DNA from: an uncultured Acidobacteriota bacterium
Lineage (GTDB): Bacteria; Acidobacteriota; Thermoanaerobaculia; Multivoradales; UBA5704
Direction of reading: 5' to 3'
DNA: 64,000 nucleotides
NCBI GenBank assembly: GCA_963700145.1
Contig: OY969474.1
Location: forward strand, 3,232,001-3,296,000
The notes below the pieces were generated by a model, which had not been told where the DNA came from, ran no database searches, and was given only the letters and a program-made list of their open reading frames with translations. The position numbers and the translations under genes are program-made. This document shows, one piece after another, positions 9,889 through 19,437 of the stretch (position 1 is its first letter; each line of letters starts with the position of its first letter).

Positions 9889-10454
9889 ACCGCCGGGCGG
9901 CGGGCCTGGTGCTCGCCATCGCCCTGCTGGTCGTCGCCGGCGGGCTCGTCTGGTGGTGGGCGCGCGGCCGGGACGGCGAGATCGCCGGCGCCGAGGGTCC
10001 GCCCCCCGGCGGCACCGGCAAGCGCATGACGCTCGAAGCCGTCCTCTACTTCCCCGGCCCGCAGGGCGGGCTGGTCGCCGAGCGGCGGCGCCTGGAGACG
10101 ACCGACGTGCCGGCACACCAGGTGTGGTCGGTGGTGCGCGCCGCGCTCGTCGGGCCGCAGAACGACGCGCTGGGGCGCATCTTTCCGGAGGACGTGAAGG
10201 TCGGGGCCGTCCTGATCGGGCCGGAGGGGACCGCCTACGTCGACCTCCGCGCGCCCGAGCGCCCGAACCCGCCTCCCGGCGGCTCGACCGCGGAGATGCA
10301 CATGGTTTACGGCCTGGTCAACGCGGTGACCGAGAGCGTGCCATCGGTGCGCTCGGTGGCCCTCCTCTGGAACGGCAGCCAGCGCATGACCTTCACAGGC
10401 CACCTCGACACCAGCCGCCCGCTCGCCGCCGACCGCTCGCTGGTGGCGCGCTGA
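9885..10454 (+). CDS. GerMN-domain protein
   Basis: N-terminal TM helix; LYFP...LVAERR...LVGP...AYVDL...GGSTAE...GHLD. Sits between amidase and murI. Confidence 0.85.
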   Translation: MNRRAAGLVLAIALLVVAGGLVWWWARGRDGEIAGAEGPPPGGTGKRMTLEAVLYFPGPQGGLVAERRRLETTDVPAHQVWSVVRAALVGPQNDALGRIFPEDVKVGAVLIGPEGTAYVDLRAPERPNPPPGGSTAEMHMVYGLVNAVTESVPSVRSVALLWNGSQRMTFTGHLDTSRPLAADRSLVAR

Positions 10455-10477
10455 GCGCGGGAGAGGGCGCGACGCGC

Positions 10478-11272
10478 ATGGGCCCGATCGGCGTCTTCGA
10501 CTCCGGCCTCGGCGGCCTGACCGTCGCCGCGGCGCTGCGGCGCCGGCTGCCGAGCGAGTCGATCCTCTACCTCGGCGACACCGCGCGCCTCCCCTACGGC
10601 TCGAAGTCCCCCGAGACCGTCACCCGCTACACCCGGCGCAACATCGAGTTCCTGGAGGAGCGCGGGGTCAAGGCGGTGGTCGTGGCCTGCAACACCGCCT
10701 CGGCGCTGGCGCTGCCGCAGATGGAGACTCGCCTCCCGACCTGGGGGGTGATCGAGCCTGGGGCGCGGCGGGCGGCGGAGCTGTCGCGCGGCTCCGTCGG
10801 GGTGATCGGGACGGAGTCGACGGTGCGCTCGGGGGCCTACGCCCGCGCGCTCCAGGCGGTGCGCCCCGACCTCCAGGTGGTGAGCCGCGCCTGCCCCCTC
10901 TTCGTGCCGCTGGTCGAGGAAGGGTGGCACGACGATCCGCTGACCCAGGAGGTGGCGAAGCGCTATCTCGGGCCGCTCCTCGCCGCCGGGATCGACACCC
11001 TGGTCCTCGGCTGCACGCACTACCCGCTGCTGGTGCCGGTGCTGGAACGGGTGGCGGGGCCGGACGTGACCCTCGTCGATTCCGCCGAGGCGGTGGCCGA
11101 GGTCGTGGCGCAGGGCCTCGAGGCCGCCGGCCTGGCCGGCGCCGAGGGCGAGCCCACCTACAGCGTCTGCGTCACCGACGCCGGCGAAGGCTTCCGCAGC
11201 ATGGCCACCCGCATCCTCGGCCACGACCTCGAAGACGACCAGGTGACGATGGAGTGGGTGGAGGTGGTCTAG
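10478..11272 (+). CDS. murI: Glutamate racemase
   Basis: PIGVFDSGLGGLTV, PYGSKS, VACNTAS, LGCTHYP. Confidence 0.96.
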   Translation: MGPIGVFDSGLGGLTVAAALRRRLPSESILYLGDTARLPYGSKSPETVTRYTRRNIEFLEERGVKAVVVACNTASALALPQMETRLPTWGVIEPGARRAAELSRGSVGVIGTESTVRSGAYARALQAVRPDLQVVSRACPLFVPLVEEGWHDDPLTQEVAKRYLGPLLAAGIDTLVLGCTHYPLLVPVLERVAGPDVTLVDSAEAVAEVVAQGLEAAGLAGAEGEPTYSVCVTDAGEGFRSMATRILGHDLEDDQVTMEWVEVV

Positions 11273-11288
11273 CGTCTAGAATCGCCGC

Positions 11289-12125
11289 GTGACGACCCCG
11301 CTCAGCTCGCCGCAGCCGCGCGCCCGGCCGAACGGGCGTGCCGCCGACGCGCTCCGGCCGCTGCGGCTGGAGACCGGGGTCATGAAGTTCGCCGAAGGGT
11401 CGGCGCTCATCGAGCTGGGGGACACGCGGGTGGTCGCGGCGGCGAGTGTCGAGAACCGGGTGCCGCCCTTCCTGCGCGACAGCGGGCGCGGCTGGCTGAC
11501 CGCGGAGTACTCGATGCTGCCGCGCGCCACCCACACGCGCGCGGCGCGCGAGGTGACGCAGGGGCGCCCCTCCGGCCGCACCGCCGAGATCCAGCGCCTG
11601 ATCGGCCGGAGCCTGCGCGCGGCGGTGGACCTCGGGGCGATGCCCGACCGCACGCTGATCCTCGACTGCGACGTCCTCCAGGCCGATGGCGGCACCCGCA
11701 CCGCGGCGGTCACCGCCGCCTACGTCGCGGCGGGCCTCGCGCTCGGCAGGCTCTTCCTGACCGGCGACCTCCCGGCCTGGCCTCTCCTCGGTCCGGTCGC
11801 CGCGGTCTCGGCCGGGCTGGTCGACGGCGTACCGCTCCTCGATCTCGAATACGTCGAGGACCAGGTCGCGGAGGTGGACATGAACGTCGTCGCCACCGAG
11901 GCCGGCGAGCTGATCGAGATCCAGGGCACGGGCGAGAAGCGGAGCTTCCGGCGCGACGAGATGGACGCGCTCGTGGACCTGGCGCTCAAGGGAATCGGCG
12001 AGCTCGCCGCCGCACAGCGGCAGGCGCTGGCGGCGACGCTCGAAGAGGTGGCCGCGGTGCGCGAGCGGCGCGGGCGGGGGCCGGCGGCGCCGAAGTCGGA
12101 GAAGGACCTCTGGGGCAGGCCGTGA
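11289..12125 (+). CDS. rph: Ribonuclease PH
   Basis: GWLTAEYSMLPRAT, GRTAEIQRLIGRSLR, DCDVLQADGGTRTA, EIQGTGE. Confidence 0.97.
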   Translation: MTTPLSSPQPRARPNGRAADALRPLRLETGVMKFAEGSALIELGDTRVVAAASVENRVPPFLRDSGRGWLTAEYSMLPRATHTRAAREVTQGRPSGRTAEIQRLIGRSLRAAVDLGAMPDRTLILDCDVLQADGGTRTAAVTAAYVAAGLALGRLFLTGDLPAWPLLGPVAAVSAGLVDGVPLLDLEYVEDQVAEVDMNVVATEAGELIEIQGTGEKRSFRRDEMDALVDLALKGIGELAAAQRQALAATLEEVAAVRERRGRGPAAPKSEKDLWGRP

Positions 12126-12139
12126 AGAGCCCCCACCAC

Positions 12140-12227
12140 TGTCATTCCGAGCGCAGCGAGGAATCTGGGCGGGGGAAGGCCGGGAAGCAGCCCGCCCCCC
12201 AGATTCCTCGCTGCGCTCGGAATGACA
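12140..12227. repeat. REP-like inverted-repeat pair (GTCATtCcGAGCGcAGCGAgGaATCT family)
   Basis: TGTCATTCCGAGCGCAGCGAGGAATCTGGG ... CCCAGATTCCTCGCTGCGCTCGGAATGACA perfect inverted repeat; related copies at 45331, 49162 and 58131. Confidence 0.85.
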
Positions 12228-12242
12228 AGTTGAGAGGCTGTC

Positions 12243-13178
12243 TTGCTCCATGTAATTAGCGGCGACTGCGCCGCCGAGGAGCTGCGGCGGGCCGGGCTGC
12301 CCGGCGAGGTGCTCGCCTGGCGCGACTCGCCGGCGGTGGGGCCGGCACCGGCGGCGGTGCCGGAGGCGGAGCGCCGCGCCCTTCGCGCCGCGTTCTGGGG
12401 GGTGCCGGAGGACGAGCTGCAGGACCCCGCGGCGGCGCACGCCGACGGCGGCGAGACCGTCTTCTGGTTCGACGGCTGCCCGTGGGACCAGGCGATGCTC
12501 GTCGAGCTGCTCGCTGCCGGCAACGGCGCCGCGCCGCCGTCCCTGATCCAGGTCGGCGAGCACCCCGAGGTCCCCGGCTACGCCGGTCTCGGACAGCTCT
12601 CGCCCGAGCAGCTCGCGGCCTTCTACCCCGAGCGCCGGCCGGTCACGCCCGCGCAGCGCGTGCTCGCCGCCGCCGCGTGGAGCGCGCTCGGCGCCGACGA
12701 CCCCCGGCCGCTCGCGGACCTCCTCGACGCGGACACCTCGCCGCTCCCCTATCTCGAGCCCGCGCTCGAGCGCCTCCTCGAAGAGCTTCCCTCGACAGCG
12801 AACGGCCTCTCCCGCACCGAGGAGCAGGTGCTCCGTGCGGTCGCCGACGGCGCCCGCCGGTTCCCCGACCTGCTGCGCGCCGTCGCCGCGATGGAGCGGC
12901 CGAGCCATGGCCTCTGGTTCGGCGACCGGGTCCTCGCCCTCACCCTCCGCGCGCTGGCCTCGGCGCCGGAGCCGGCCCTCGCCGCCGACGCGGTCGCGCT
13001 CACCCCCTTCGGCGAGGCCCTCCTCGCCGGCCGCGCCGACTGGGTGCGCGACCACGGCGTCGACCGCTGGCGCGGCGGCGTGCGGCTCGCGGGCCGCGGG
13101 CCGGTCTGGCGCTGGGACCCCGCGGCGCGGCGTCCGGTCCTAGGCGCGAAAGCTTTCGCGCCGGGCTCCGATTCTTAG
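12243..13178 (+). CDS. DUF1835-like protein
   Basis: MLHVISGD...W..GP...FWFD...DQ...RLLEELP...GLSRTE...LTPFG...DRWRGGV. Confidence 0.72.
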   Translation: MLHVISGDCAAEELRRAGLPGEVLAWRDSPAVGPAPAAVPEAERRALRAAFWGVPEDELQDPAAAHADGGETVFWFDGCPWDQAMLVELLAAGNGAAPPSLIQVGEHPEVPGYAGLGQLSPEQLAAFYPERRPVTPAQRVLAAAAWSALGADDPRPLADLLDADTSPLPYLEPALERLLEELPSTANGLSRTEEQVLRAVADGARRFPDLLRAVAAMERPSHGLWFGDRVLALTLRALASAPEPALAADAVALTPFGEALLAGRADWVRDHGVDRWRGGVRLAGRGPVWRWDPAARRPVLGAKAFAPGSDS

Positions 13179-13185
13179 CCCGCGC

Positions 13186-13986
13186 ATGCTCCGCGTCGCG
13201 CGCGAGCTCTTCCGCTACCGCGGCCTCCTCTGGACGCTCACCGCCCGCGAGCTCAAGGCCCGTTACCGCGGCTCCGCGCTGGGCTTCCTCTGGTCGCTCG
13301 CCAACCCGCTGCTGCTCCTCGCCGTCTACACCTTCGTCTTCGCCGTCGTCTTCGAGCCCCGCATCGGCGGCGTGCCGAACTACCCCCTGTTCCTGGTCGC
13401 CGGCCTCTTCCCCTGGATCTGGGTCTCGTCGTCGCTGCTCGAAGGGTCGATGTCGCTGATCGCCAACGGCGGCCTCTTGCGCAAGGCGGTCTTCCCCGCC
13501 GAGCTGCTGCCGATGGTGGCGGTGCTCTCGAACCTCGTCCACTTCCTCCTCGCCATCCCGATCCTCCTCGTGGCGCTGGCGGCCGGCTACCTCCTCGACG
13601 CGCGGGTCGGCGGCCTGCCGGCGGTGCTGCTGCCGGCGGTGATCCTCCTCGAGCTGCCGCTCGTCGCCGGCCTGACGATCGGCATCGCGGCGCTCAACGT
13701 CCACTTCAAGGACGTGCGCGACCTTCTCGCCAACCTCTTGACGCTGCTCTTCTTCCTGACCCCGATCCTCTATCCGCTCTCGGCCGTCAAGAGCGACGTC
13801 CTGCGCTGGCTGGTGCGGCTCAACCCCTTCGCCCCCTTCACCCTGGCCTACCAGCAGACCCTCGTCGACGGCACCTGGCCGGAGCCGCTGCTCTGGGCGC
13901 AGATGGCGCTGGTGAGCCTCGTCGCCTGGGCGCTCGGCGCCTGGGTCTTCGACCGGCTGCGCGACACGTTGGTGGAGTCCGTGTGA
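13186..13986 (+). CDS. wzm: ABC-2 polysaccharide exporter permease (Wzm/TagG-like)
   Basis: RELKARYRGSALGFLWSLANP, KAVFP, FFLTPILYP, LNP. Confidence 0.9.
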   Translation: MLRVARELFRYRGLLWTLTARELKARYRGSALGFLWSLANPLLLLAVYTFVFAVVFEPRIGGVPNYPLFLVAGLFPWIWVSSSLLEGSMSLIANGGLLRKAVFPAELLPMVAVLSNLVHFLLAIPILLVALAAGYLLDARVGGLPAVLLPAVILLELPLVAGLTIGIAALNVHFKDVRDLLANLLTLLFFLTPILYPLSAVKSDVLRWLVRLNPFAPFTLAYQQTLVDGTWPEPLLWAQMALVSLVAWALGAWVFDRLRDTLVESV

Positions 13987-14000
13987 GTTTGATCCCATCT

Positions 14001-14038
14001 CCTCCCCTCCTGGCCTCCCCCCCGCACGGGGGGGAGGA
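14001..14038. repeat. Short GC hairpin repeat (CCTCCCCC-n-GGGGGAGG family)
   Basis: CCTCCCCCCCGCACGGGGGGAGG between wzm and wzt; related element at about 32890-32934. Confidence 0.5.
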
Positions 14039-14068
14039 ACGTCTCTGGGTAGCATTCCGCGGCCCATC

Positions 14069-15340
14069 ATGAGCGACCTCCGTTCCGCCGCCATCCAGGT
14101 AGAGGGGCTGACCAAGCTCTTCCGCCGCGCCGCCCCCGGCGAGCAGCTGCGCACGCTCAAGAGCGCGCTCCTCGAAGGCAGCCTGACCGCGCGCCTCAAG
14201 CCCGAGGAGGCGATCGCGGCGCTCGAGGACGTGAGCTTCGAGGTCGGTCGCGGCGAGGCCTTCGGCGTCGTCGGCGGCAACGGCTCGGGGAAGAGCACGC
14301 TGCTGAAGCTCGTCGCCGGCATCCTTCGCCCGACCGCCGGGCGCGTCGTGGTGGACGGCCGCGTCGCCGCGCTCATCGAGCTCGGCGCCGGCTTCCACCC
14401 CGAGATCTCGGGGCGCGAGAACGTCTACATCAACGGCGCCATCCTGGGGCTCTCGCGGCGCGAGATCGACCGCCGCTACGACGCGATCGTCGAGTTCTCC
14501 GGCCTCGCCGACTTCATGGAGGAGCCGGTCAAGAACTACTCTTCCGGCATGTACGTGCGGCTGGGGTTCGCGGTGGCGGTGCACACCGACCCGGACGTGC
14601 TGCTGGTGGACGAAGTGCTGGCGGTCGGCGACGAGGCCTTCGCCCACCGCTGCCTGCGGCGGATCGAGGAGCACCTGGCGGCGGGCAGGACGCTGCTCTT
14701 CGTCAGCCACACGCTCGACCTGGTCGAGCAGGTCTGCGACCGCACGCTCTGGCTCGACGCCGGCCGCCCGCGCCTCCTCGGCGAGCCGCGGCGCGTGGTG
14801 GACGCCTACCGCCAGGCGGTGGCCGAAGAGGAAGGCCGCGAGCACCAGGCCGCGAAGGAGCAACAGGAGGGCGACGCCGCGGCGGCGGCGGCGCTGCGCT
14901 GGGGATCGGGGGAGGCGGAGGTCGCGGGGCTGCGGCTCCTGGCCGGCGCGGCGGGCGAAGAGCGCTACCACCTGGTCTCGGGCGAGCCCGCGGTCTTCGA
15001 GCTCACGGTGCGCGCCGCCCGCCCGCTCGCCGACTTCGTCTTCGGCATCGCCGTCGCCACGCCGCGCGGCGTCGAGGTCTGGGGCACCAACACCGACCTC
15101 GCCGGCTTCCGCCCGGCGCAGCTCGAGGGCGAGGCGGTCGTGCGCGTCGTCTGCCCGAGCCTGCGCCTCGCCGCCGGCGACTACGAGGTGGACGTCGCCG
15201 TCCACGCCAAGGAGGGCGCCCCCTACGACTACCGCCGCCGCGCCCTCACCTTCACCGTCACCGCCCCGGAGCGCGGCGTCGGCGTCTACCTGCCGGAGCA
15301 CCGCTGGGAGTTCGCGGGCGGAGTCAGGTGGGAGACTTAG
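14069..15340 (+). CDS. wzt: ABC polysaccharide exporter ATPase with C-terminal Wzt carbohydrate-binding domain
   Basis: GGNGSGKST, YSSGM, LLVDE, VSH; C-terminal RWGSG...Ig-like Wzt_C region. Confidence 0.92.
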   Translation: MSDLRSAAIQVEGLTKLFRRAAPGEQLRTLKSALLEGSLTARLKPEEAIAALEDVSFEVGRGEAFGVVGGNGSGKSTLLKLVAGILRPTAGRVVVDGRVAALIELGAGFHPEISGRENVYINGAILGLSRREIDRRYDAIVEFSGLADFMEEPVKNYSSGMYVRLGFAVAVHTDPDVLLVDEVLAVGDEAFAHRCLRRIEEHLAAGRTLLFVSHTLDLVEQVCDRTLWLDAGRPRLLGEPRRVVDAYRQAVAEEEGREHQAAKEQQEGDAAAAAALRWGSGEAEVAGLRLLAGAAGEERYHLVSGEPAVFELTVRAARPLADFVFGIAVATPRGVEVWGTNTDLAGFRPAQLEGEAVVRVVCPSLRLAAGDYEVDVAVHAKEGAPYDYRRRALTFTVTAPERGVGVYLPEHRWEFAGGVRWET

Positions 15341-15502
15341 GAAATGCATGTACTGGAGGACCACGACCAGCCCATCGAGAAGCCTCAAGAACAGCCGCGG
15401 CGCCGCCTCAAGAACCTCGCTTCCCAGTAGGACAATCTTGCGCAAGTACCGCCGCGCCGAAGTCCTGGCATACGCGTTTTCGTCTCGTCCACCTTCGTCG
15501 AT

Positions 15503-18502
15503 ATGGACGAGGAGCGAAGCGAGCTCGCATATCGGGTCTTCCCGTTCCTAAAGAGCAGGTGTGAGGAACGTGGTATTCCTTGGTCAGAGGTGGACCTTCG
15601 GTGGGGAATCACAGATGAGCAGAAAGCCGAAGGCAAGACGCTCGAATTGTGCTTCGCCCAAATCGATCGCTGCCGCCCCTTTTTGATCGGGCTTCTAGGA
15701 GATCGTTATGGCTCGATACCACAGGAGATTCCAGCAGACCTCCTGGCGCGAGAGCGGTGGCTTACCGAGTATCAAGACCGCTCCGTTACAGAGCTTGAGA
15801 TTCTCCATGCTGCTCTAAATACCCCTACACAGGCTACATATGCTTTTTTTTATTTCCGGCAGTCCCGCACACTATCCGTTCTTGACTTGAACCAGAAGAA
15901 GCTTACGGCCCTCAAGCAGAGGATCCGCCAGAGCGGTCTCAAGCTGCACGACAACTATCGCACTGCTCATGAGCTTGCGGAGATGATCATTGCTGACTTC
16001 TCCGCGGTCATCGATTCCTTAGCGCCCAAAGCAGCGCATACAGATCCACTGGCGCGAGCTGCCGCCGAGCAAGAAGCATTCGCTCAGTCCAGGACCGACG
16101 TTTACGTCGGCCGTGACTCGGACTTTGCGCGCCTGCACCAGCATGTGCTCGCAGATGGACCTCCCCTCGTAGTAATCGGGGCAGCGGGGTGCGGAAAGAC
16201 TGCGTTGCTTGCAACCTGGGTGCTTCGCCAGCAGAGAGAAGAGAAAGTTTGCTTTCACTTCATCACTCGCGGATCGAGCGTGAGAGAAATGCTGCGTAGG
16301 CTTCTGAGCGAGCTCAGGTTGGCCTTCAAACTGCCGCCCGAACTAAGAAAGGGGCTTGGGCTGCGACAAGAGTTTGAGGAGTGCCTGGGATCGCTGAGGG
16401 GCAAGGGAAGATTAATTCTGTTGTTGGACGGACTGGATCAACTCGAGGAGCGTGATGGCGCTCATGATCTAGCTTGGCTGCCCCTTGATATCCCGAGCGA
16501 AATCCGCCTGGTCATCTCCACGTCGGGAGGCCGCACATTTCAAAAGCTGGTGGATCGCGGGTGGCCAATATTCGAGGTGGCTCCGTTCACGATCGCTGAG
16601 CGCCAAAGCGTAATCGAGGCAGTTCTAGGAGCCTATGGAAAATCCCTTCCGGTGGAACTCGGCACACGTATCGCTCGCTCGCAAAGCACGGCCCTGGCTT
16701 TATACCTTCGGACTCTGCTAGACGAACTCCGATTCCATGGAGATCCATCTACGCTCAGTGAGCTCGTGGACCAGTACCTCGCAGCTACAAGGCTTGATGA
16801 TCTATTGGTTCGCGTTCTCAGGCGGTACGAGCGCGACTATGAACGTGACCGCCCCAGCCTGGTACGAGATACAATGTCCGCGCTATGGGCCGCTCGGCAA
16901 GGACTGGCCGAGGCCGAGCTGCTTGAGCTGCTCGGCACCGACGGCGAGCGGCTACCGCGTTCGTTGTGGTCCCCAATCTACATTGCCTCCGAAAGAGGGT
17001 TTCTCCATCACGCCGGCCGCCTTGCCCTTCAAGGATATTGGCGCCGTGCGATCCAGCGACATTTCCTGCCTACGGAAGTTGAGCAGCGGCGGGCTCATCG
17101 ACTCTTAGCGGCCTATTTCTCGGCGCAGCCGACCCATGCTAGAACGCTCGCGGAGCTCCCCTGGCAACTTGCAGCTGCGGAAGCTTGGCAGGAACTCTAC
17201 CACCTCCTGCGAAGGCCTTCCTTTTTTCAGGCACTCTGGATTCACAACCAGTTTGAGGCAAGAGGCTTTTGGGCACAATTGGAAGCGCGTTCTTCCTATC
17301 GGCTGCAGGAGGCCTACCGATTTGTTTGCATGCAACGAGGGCACATCGATCCGCACTTCGCGACGAACGTGGCCTCGTTGCTTGCCTTCGGTGGGCACGC
17401 GCAAGAAGCCCTCACGATTCGGGAGTGGGTCGTTCGTCATTACCAAGCCGCCGGGAAGCGAGGCGAGCTCGCTGACGCTCTCAACAACTTAGGGCTGAGT
17501 TATTTAGGAACCGGAAATCTGGACCTTGCACATGAGGTGTTCAAGGCTAGCGAAACGATCTGCCGCGAGCTGAACGACGGGGCTCGCCTGTGCCTGGTTT
17601 TAGGTAATCGCGCGGCCACGTTAATCAGGGAGGATGACCATGAGAGGAAGCTGGGGATAACTGAACTATTGGTCAGCCGGCAGCGAAAGAGTCGAAGGCT
17701 CGATGAAGCGCTTGTTCTTCTGAGAGAGCAGGAAGAGCTCGCGCGCGAACTTCAAGACGCTCGAGCTCTGGGAATGTCACTCCTCAATCAAGGGACGGTG
17801 CGTTTCAAGTGTGACGACGCCGGAGGTATCGAACCCCTGAGGCAAGCGGAGGCTCTATTCTTAGAGATTGGCGATCTTGGAGACTTGGCGACCTGCTTGC
17901 TCAATCAGGCGAGCATGCTGATCCTCAAGCGTAAGAGTCAAGCTATAGGCCTATCCCAACTTGAGAGATCAGAGCAAATCTATCGTGAGTTGGGAGATCG
18001 TGCAGGATTAGCCACTGTCGAAGTGGTCCGGAACGCCGCGCGAGCAAAGATCCCGAATGATGGGATCCTTGACCCGCTGACCGAGTTCGTTGAGTTCTCG
18101 GAGGAAGAGCTCCGGCTGCGCCAGTTAGGTGACGACAGAAAGGTGATCCGAGCTCAACTCGGTCAAGCGAAAATTCGCGGAGCACTTCGAGACTCGGTCT
18201 CGCGCCAACGCGGATTAGAACTGTACCAGGAAGTGGCACGAGCTTGTAGTCAACTCGACGATACCGAAGGCCTCCGTGAGGCCCTCATAGCGATTGGTTC
18301 ACTTCTCCTAGTTACAGTCACGCCTCTGCGAATTGCGTTGCCCATTCTCGCCGAGGGGCGAAAGTTGGCGAGGAAGCAGCATCAGTTTTTCCTCTGGTTT
18401 GCTTTGCAGGGGTTCCGGTTCTTCATAGTTCTCCTCGCACCGTTCCCCTCACTGGTGGCTCGCTTGATCAACTTCATTGGATCGTTCTTATCAAAGCTAT
18501 AG
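15503..18502 (+). CDS. DUF4062 - NACHT/AAA NTPase - TPR protein (NLR/STAND-like, NPHP3/TEP1-like N-terminal architecture); true start probably upstream
   Basis: In-frame IRVFVSSTF just before M15503; VDLRWGIT, LLGDRYG, SVTELEI (DUF4062); Walker A GAAGCGKT; Walker B LLLDGLDQL; TPR-like repeats (LNNLGLSY...G). Low GC. Confidence 0.85.
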   Translation: MDEERSELAYRVFPFLKSRCEERGIPWSEVDLRWGITDEQKAEGKTLELCFAQIDRCRPFLIGLLGDRYGSIPQEIPADLLARERWLTEYQDRSVTELEILHAALNTPTQATYAFFYFRQSRTLSVLDLNQKKLTALKQRIRQSGLKLHDNYRTAHELAEMIIADFSAVIDSLAPKAAHTDPLARAAAEQEAFAQSRTDVYVGRDSDFARLHQHVLADGPPLVVIGAAGCGKTALLATWVLRQQREEKVCFHFITRGSSVREMLRRLLSELRLAFKLPPELRKGLGLRQEFEECLGSLRGKGRLILLLDGLDQLEERDGAHDLAWLPLDIPSEIRLVISTSGGRTFQKLVDRGWPIFEVAPFTIAERQSVIEAVLGAYGKSLPVELGTRIARSQSTALALYLRTLLDELRFHGDPSTLSELVDQYLAATRLDDLLVRVLRRYERDYERDRPSLVRDTMSALWAARQGLAEAELLELLGTDGERLPRSLWSPIYIASERGFLHHAGRLALQGYWRRAIQRHFLPTEVEQRRAHRLLAAYFSAQPTHARTLAELPWQLAAAEAWQELYHLLRRPSFFQALWIHNQFEARGFWAQLEARSSYRLQEAYRFVCMQRGHIDPHFATNVASLLAFGGHAQEALTIREWVVRHYQAAGKRGELADALNNLGLSYLGTGNLDLAHEVFKASETICRELNDGARLCLVLGNRAATLIREDDHERKLGITELLVSRQRKSRRLDEALVLLREQEELARELQDARALGMSLLNQGTVRFKCDDAGGIEPLRQAEALFLEIGDLGDLATCLLNQASMLILKRKSQAIGLSQLERSEQIYRELGDRAGLATVEVVRNAARAKIPNDGILDPLTEFVEFSEEELRLRQLGDDRKVIRAQLGQAKIRGALRDSVSRQRGLELYQEVARACSQLDDTEGLREALIAIGSLLLVTVTPLRIALPILAEGRKLARKQHQFFLWFALQGFRFFIVLLAPFPSLVARLINFIGSFLSKL

Positions 18503-18571
18503 GTGTCATTCCTCCCAGTCACCGGGCGAGTGAATCGAGCGCAGCATTAAGGCGAGGCGGGGGGGCGCGTC

Positions 18572-18673
18572 ACTGCCGCCGTGCCCTCACCTTCACCGTC
18601 ACCGCCGCCGAACGGCGTCGGCGTCTACCTGCCGGAGCACCGGTGGTAGTTCGAGGGCGGGGTGGCGTGGGAG
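18572..18673 (+). pseudogene. Decayed direct-repeat copy of the wzt 3' end (15231-15335)
   Basis: GCCCTCACCTTCACCGTCACCGCC...CGGCGTCGGCGTCTACCTGCCGGAGCACCG shared with wzt; the copy has an indel and a GAG>TAG change. Confidence 0.9.
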
Positions 18674-18699
18674 GACGTCCGTTCAGAAGAACAAGAGAC

Positions 18700-19113
18700 C
18701 TAGGGCAATAGCTCGAAGGCTTCCAGCCGGCGCCCCACGCGGACGCGATAGGTCGAGAAATCGTCGCGGTCCAGACTGAAGATCCTGCGGGTTTGGAGCT
18801 GCTCGGCCGCGACGACGAGGCTGGCGTCAGCGAGGTCCATCGGATGGTCGGCGTACTCCTCCATCAGCTCGAACGCGCGACGCAGCGCGTCCTCGTCGAG
18901 GAACCAGACCGCCAGGCCGTCGCGACGGACGAACTCCCGCAGCGCGGTCGAGCCACGGCTGGCGGGAGAAAGCAGATGGAAGGCTTCGGTCAGAACGGGG
19001 ACCGTGGTGACAAGCGGCTGGCGCAGCTCCTGGACGACGGCCTTGCAGCGGCTGTGGTTCCGGTCGCGAGGATCGAAGAGGGCGACGAGCGGACCTGTGT
19101 CCGCCAGGATCAC
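18700..19113 (-). CDS. vapC: PIN-domain (VapC-like) toxin
   Basis: MILADTGPLVAL...VLTEA...MDLADASLV...IFSLDRDDF. Confidence 0.9.
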   Translation of the reverse strand: MILADTGPLVALFDPRDRNHSRCKAVVQELRQPLVTTVPVLTEAFHLLSPASRGSTALREFVRRDGLAVWFLDEDALRRAFELMEEYADHPMDLADASLVVAAEQLQTRRIFSLDRDDFSTYRVRVGRRLEAFELLP

Positions 19114-19385
19114 CGTCCGTGTTTCCGGCGGACAGCGGCCAGAACGCCGTCTCGCGCCCGGTCCGAGGGCGCGATCGCGTAGCCGCCGGGCCCGAGGTCG
19201 AGCTCCCGGTAGATCTCGAACGCCATGCGCGCCGGCTTCTCCTCGGCCTCGATGCGGTCGCGCAGAGCGCGCAACCCCTCCTTGAGAACCCCCGAGGTCG
19301 AGAGCCCGGTCGCCTGCACGAGCTGCTCCAGGATCTCTTCGCTGTCGTCGTCGAGCCGGACCGTGCGCGTGGCCATCGCCGTCAC
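19110..19385 (-). CDS. Ribbon-helix-helix-like antitoxin
   Basis: TRTVRLDD...S.VLKEGL; overlaps the PIN gene start. Confidence 0.78.
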   Translation of the reverse strand: MTAMATRTVRLDDDSEEILEQLVQATGLSTSGVLKEGLRALRDRIEAEEKPARMAFEIYRELDLGPGGYAIAPSDRARDGVLAAVRRKHGR

Positions 19386-19388
19386 CTC

Positions 19389-19407
19389 GTAATACGGAGT
19401 GTATTAC
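19389..19407. promoter_or_regulatory. Palindromic operator of the TA operon
   Basis: GTAATAC-N5-GTATTAC directly upstream of the antitoxin start. Confidence 0.6.
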
Positions 19408-19437
19408 AGGTACGCCGGCGCGTCGACCTCACAGAGG

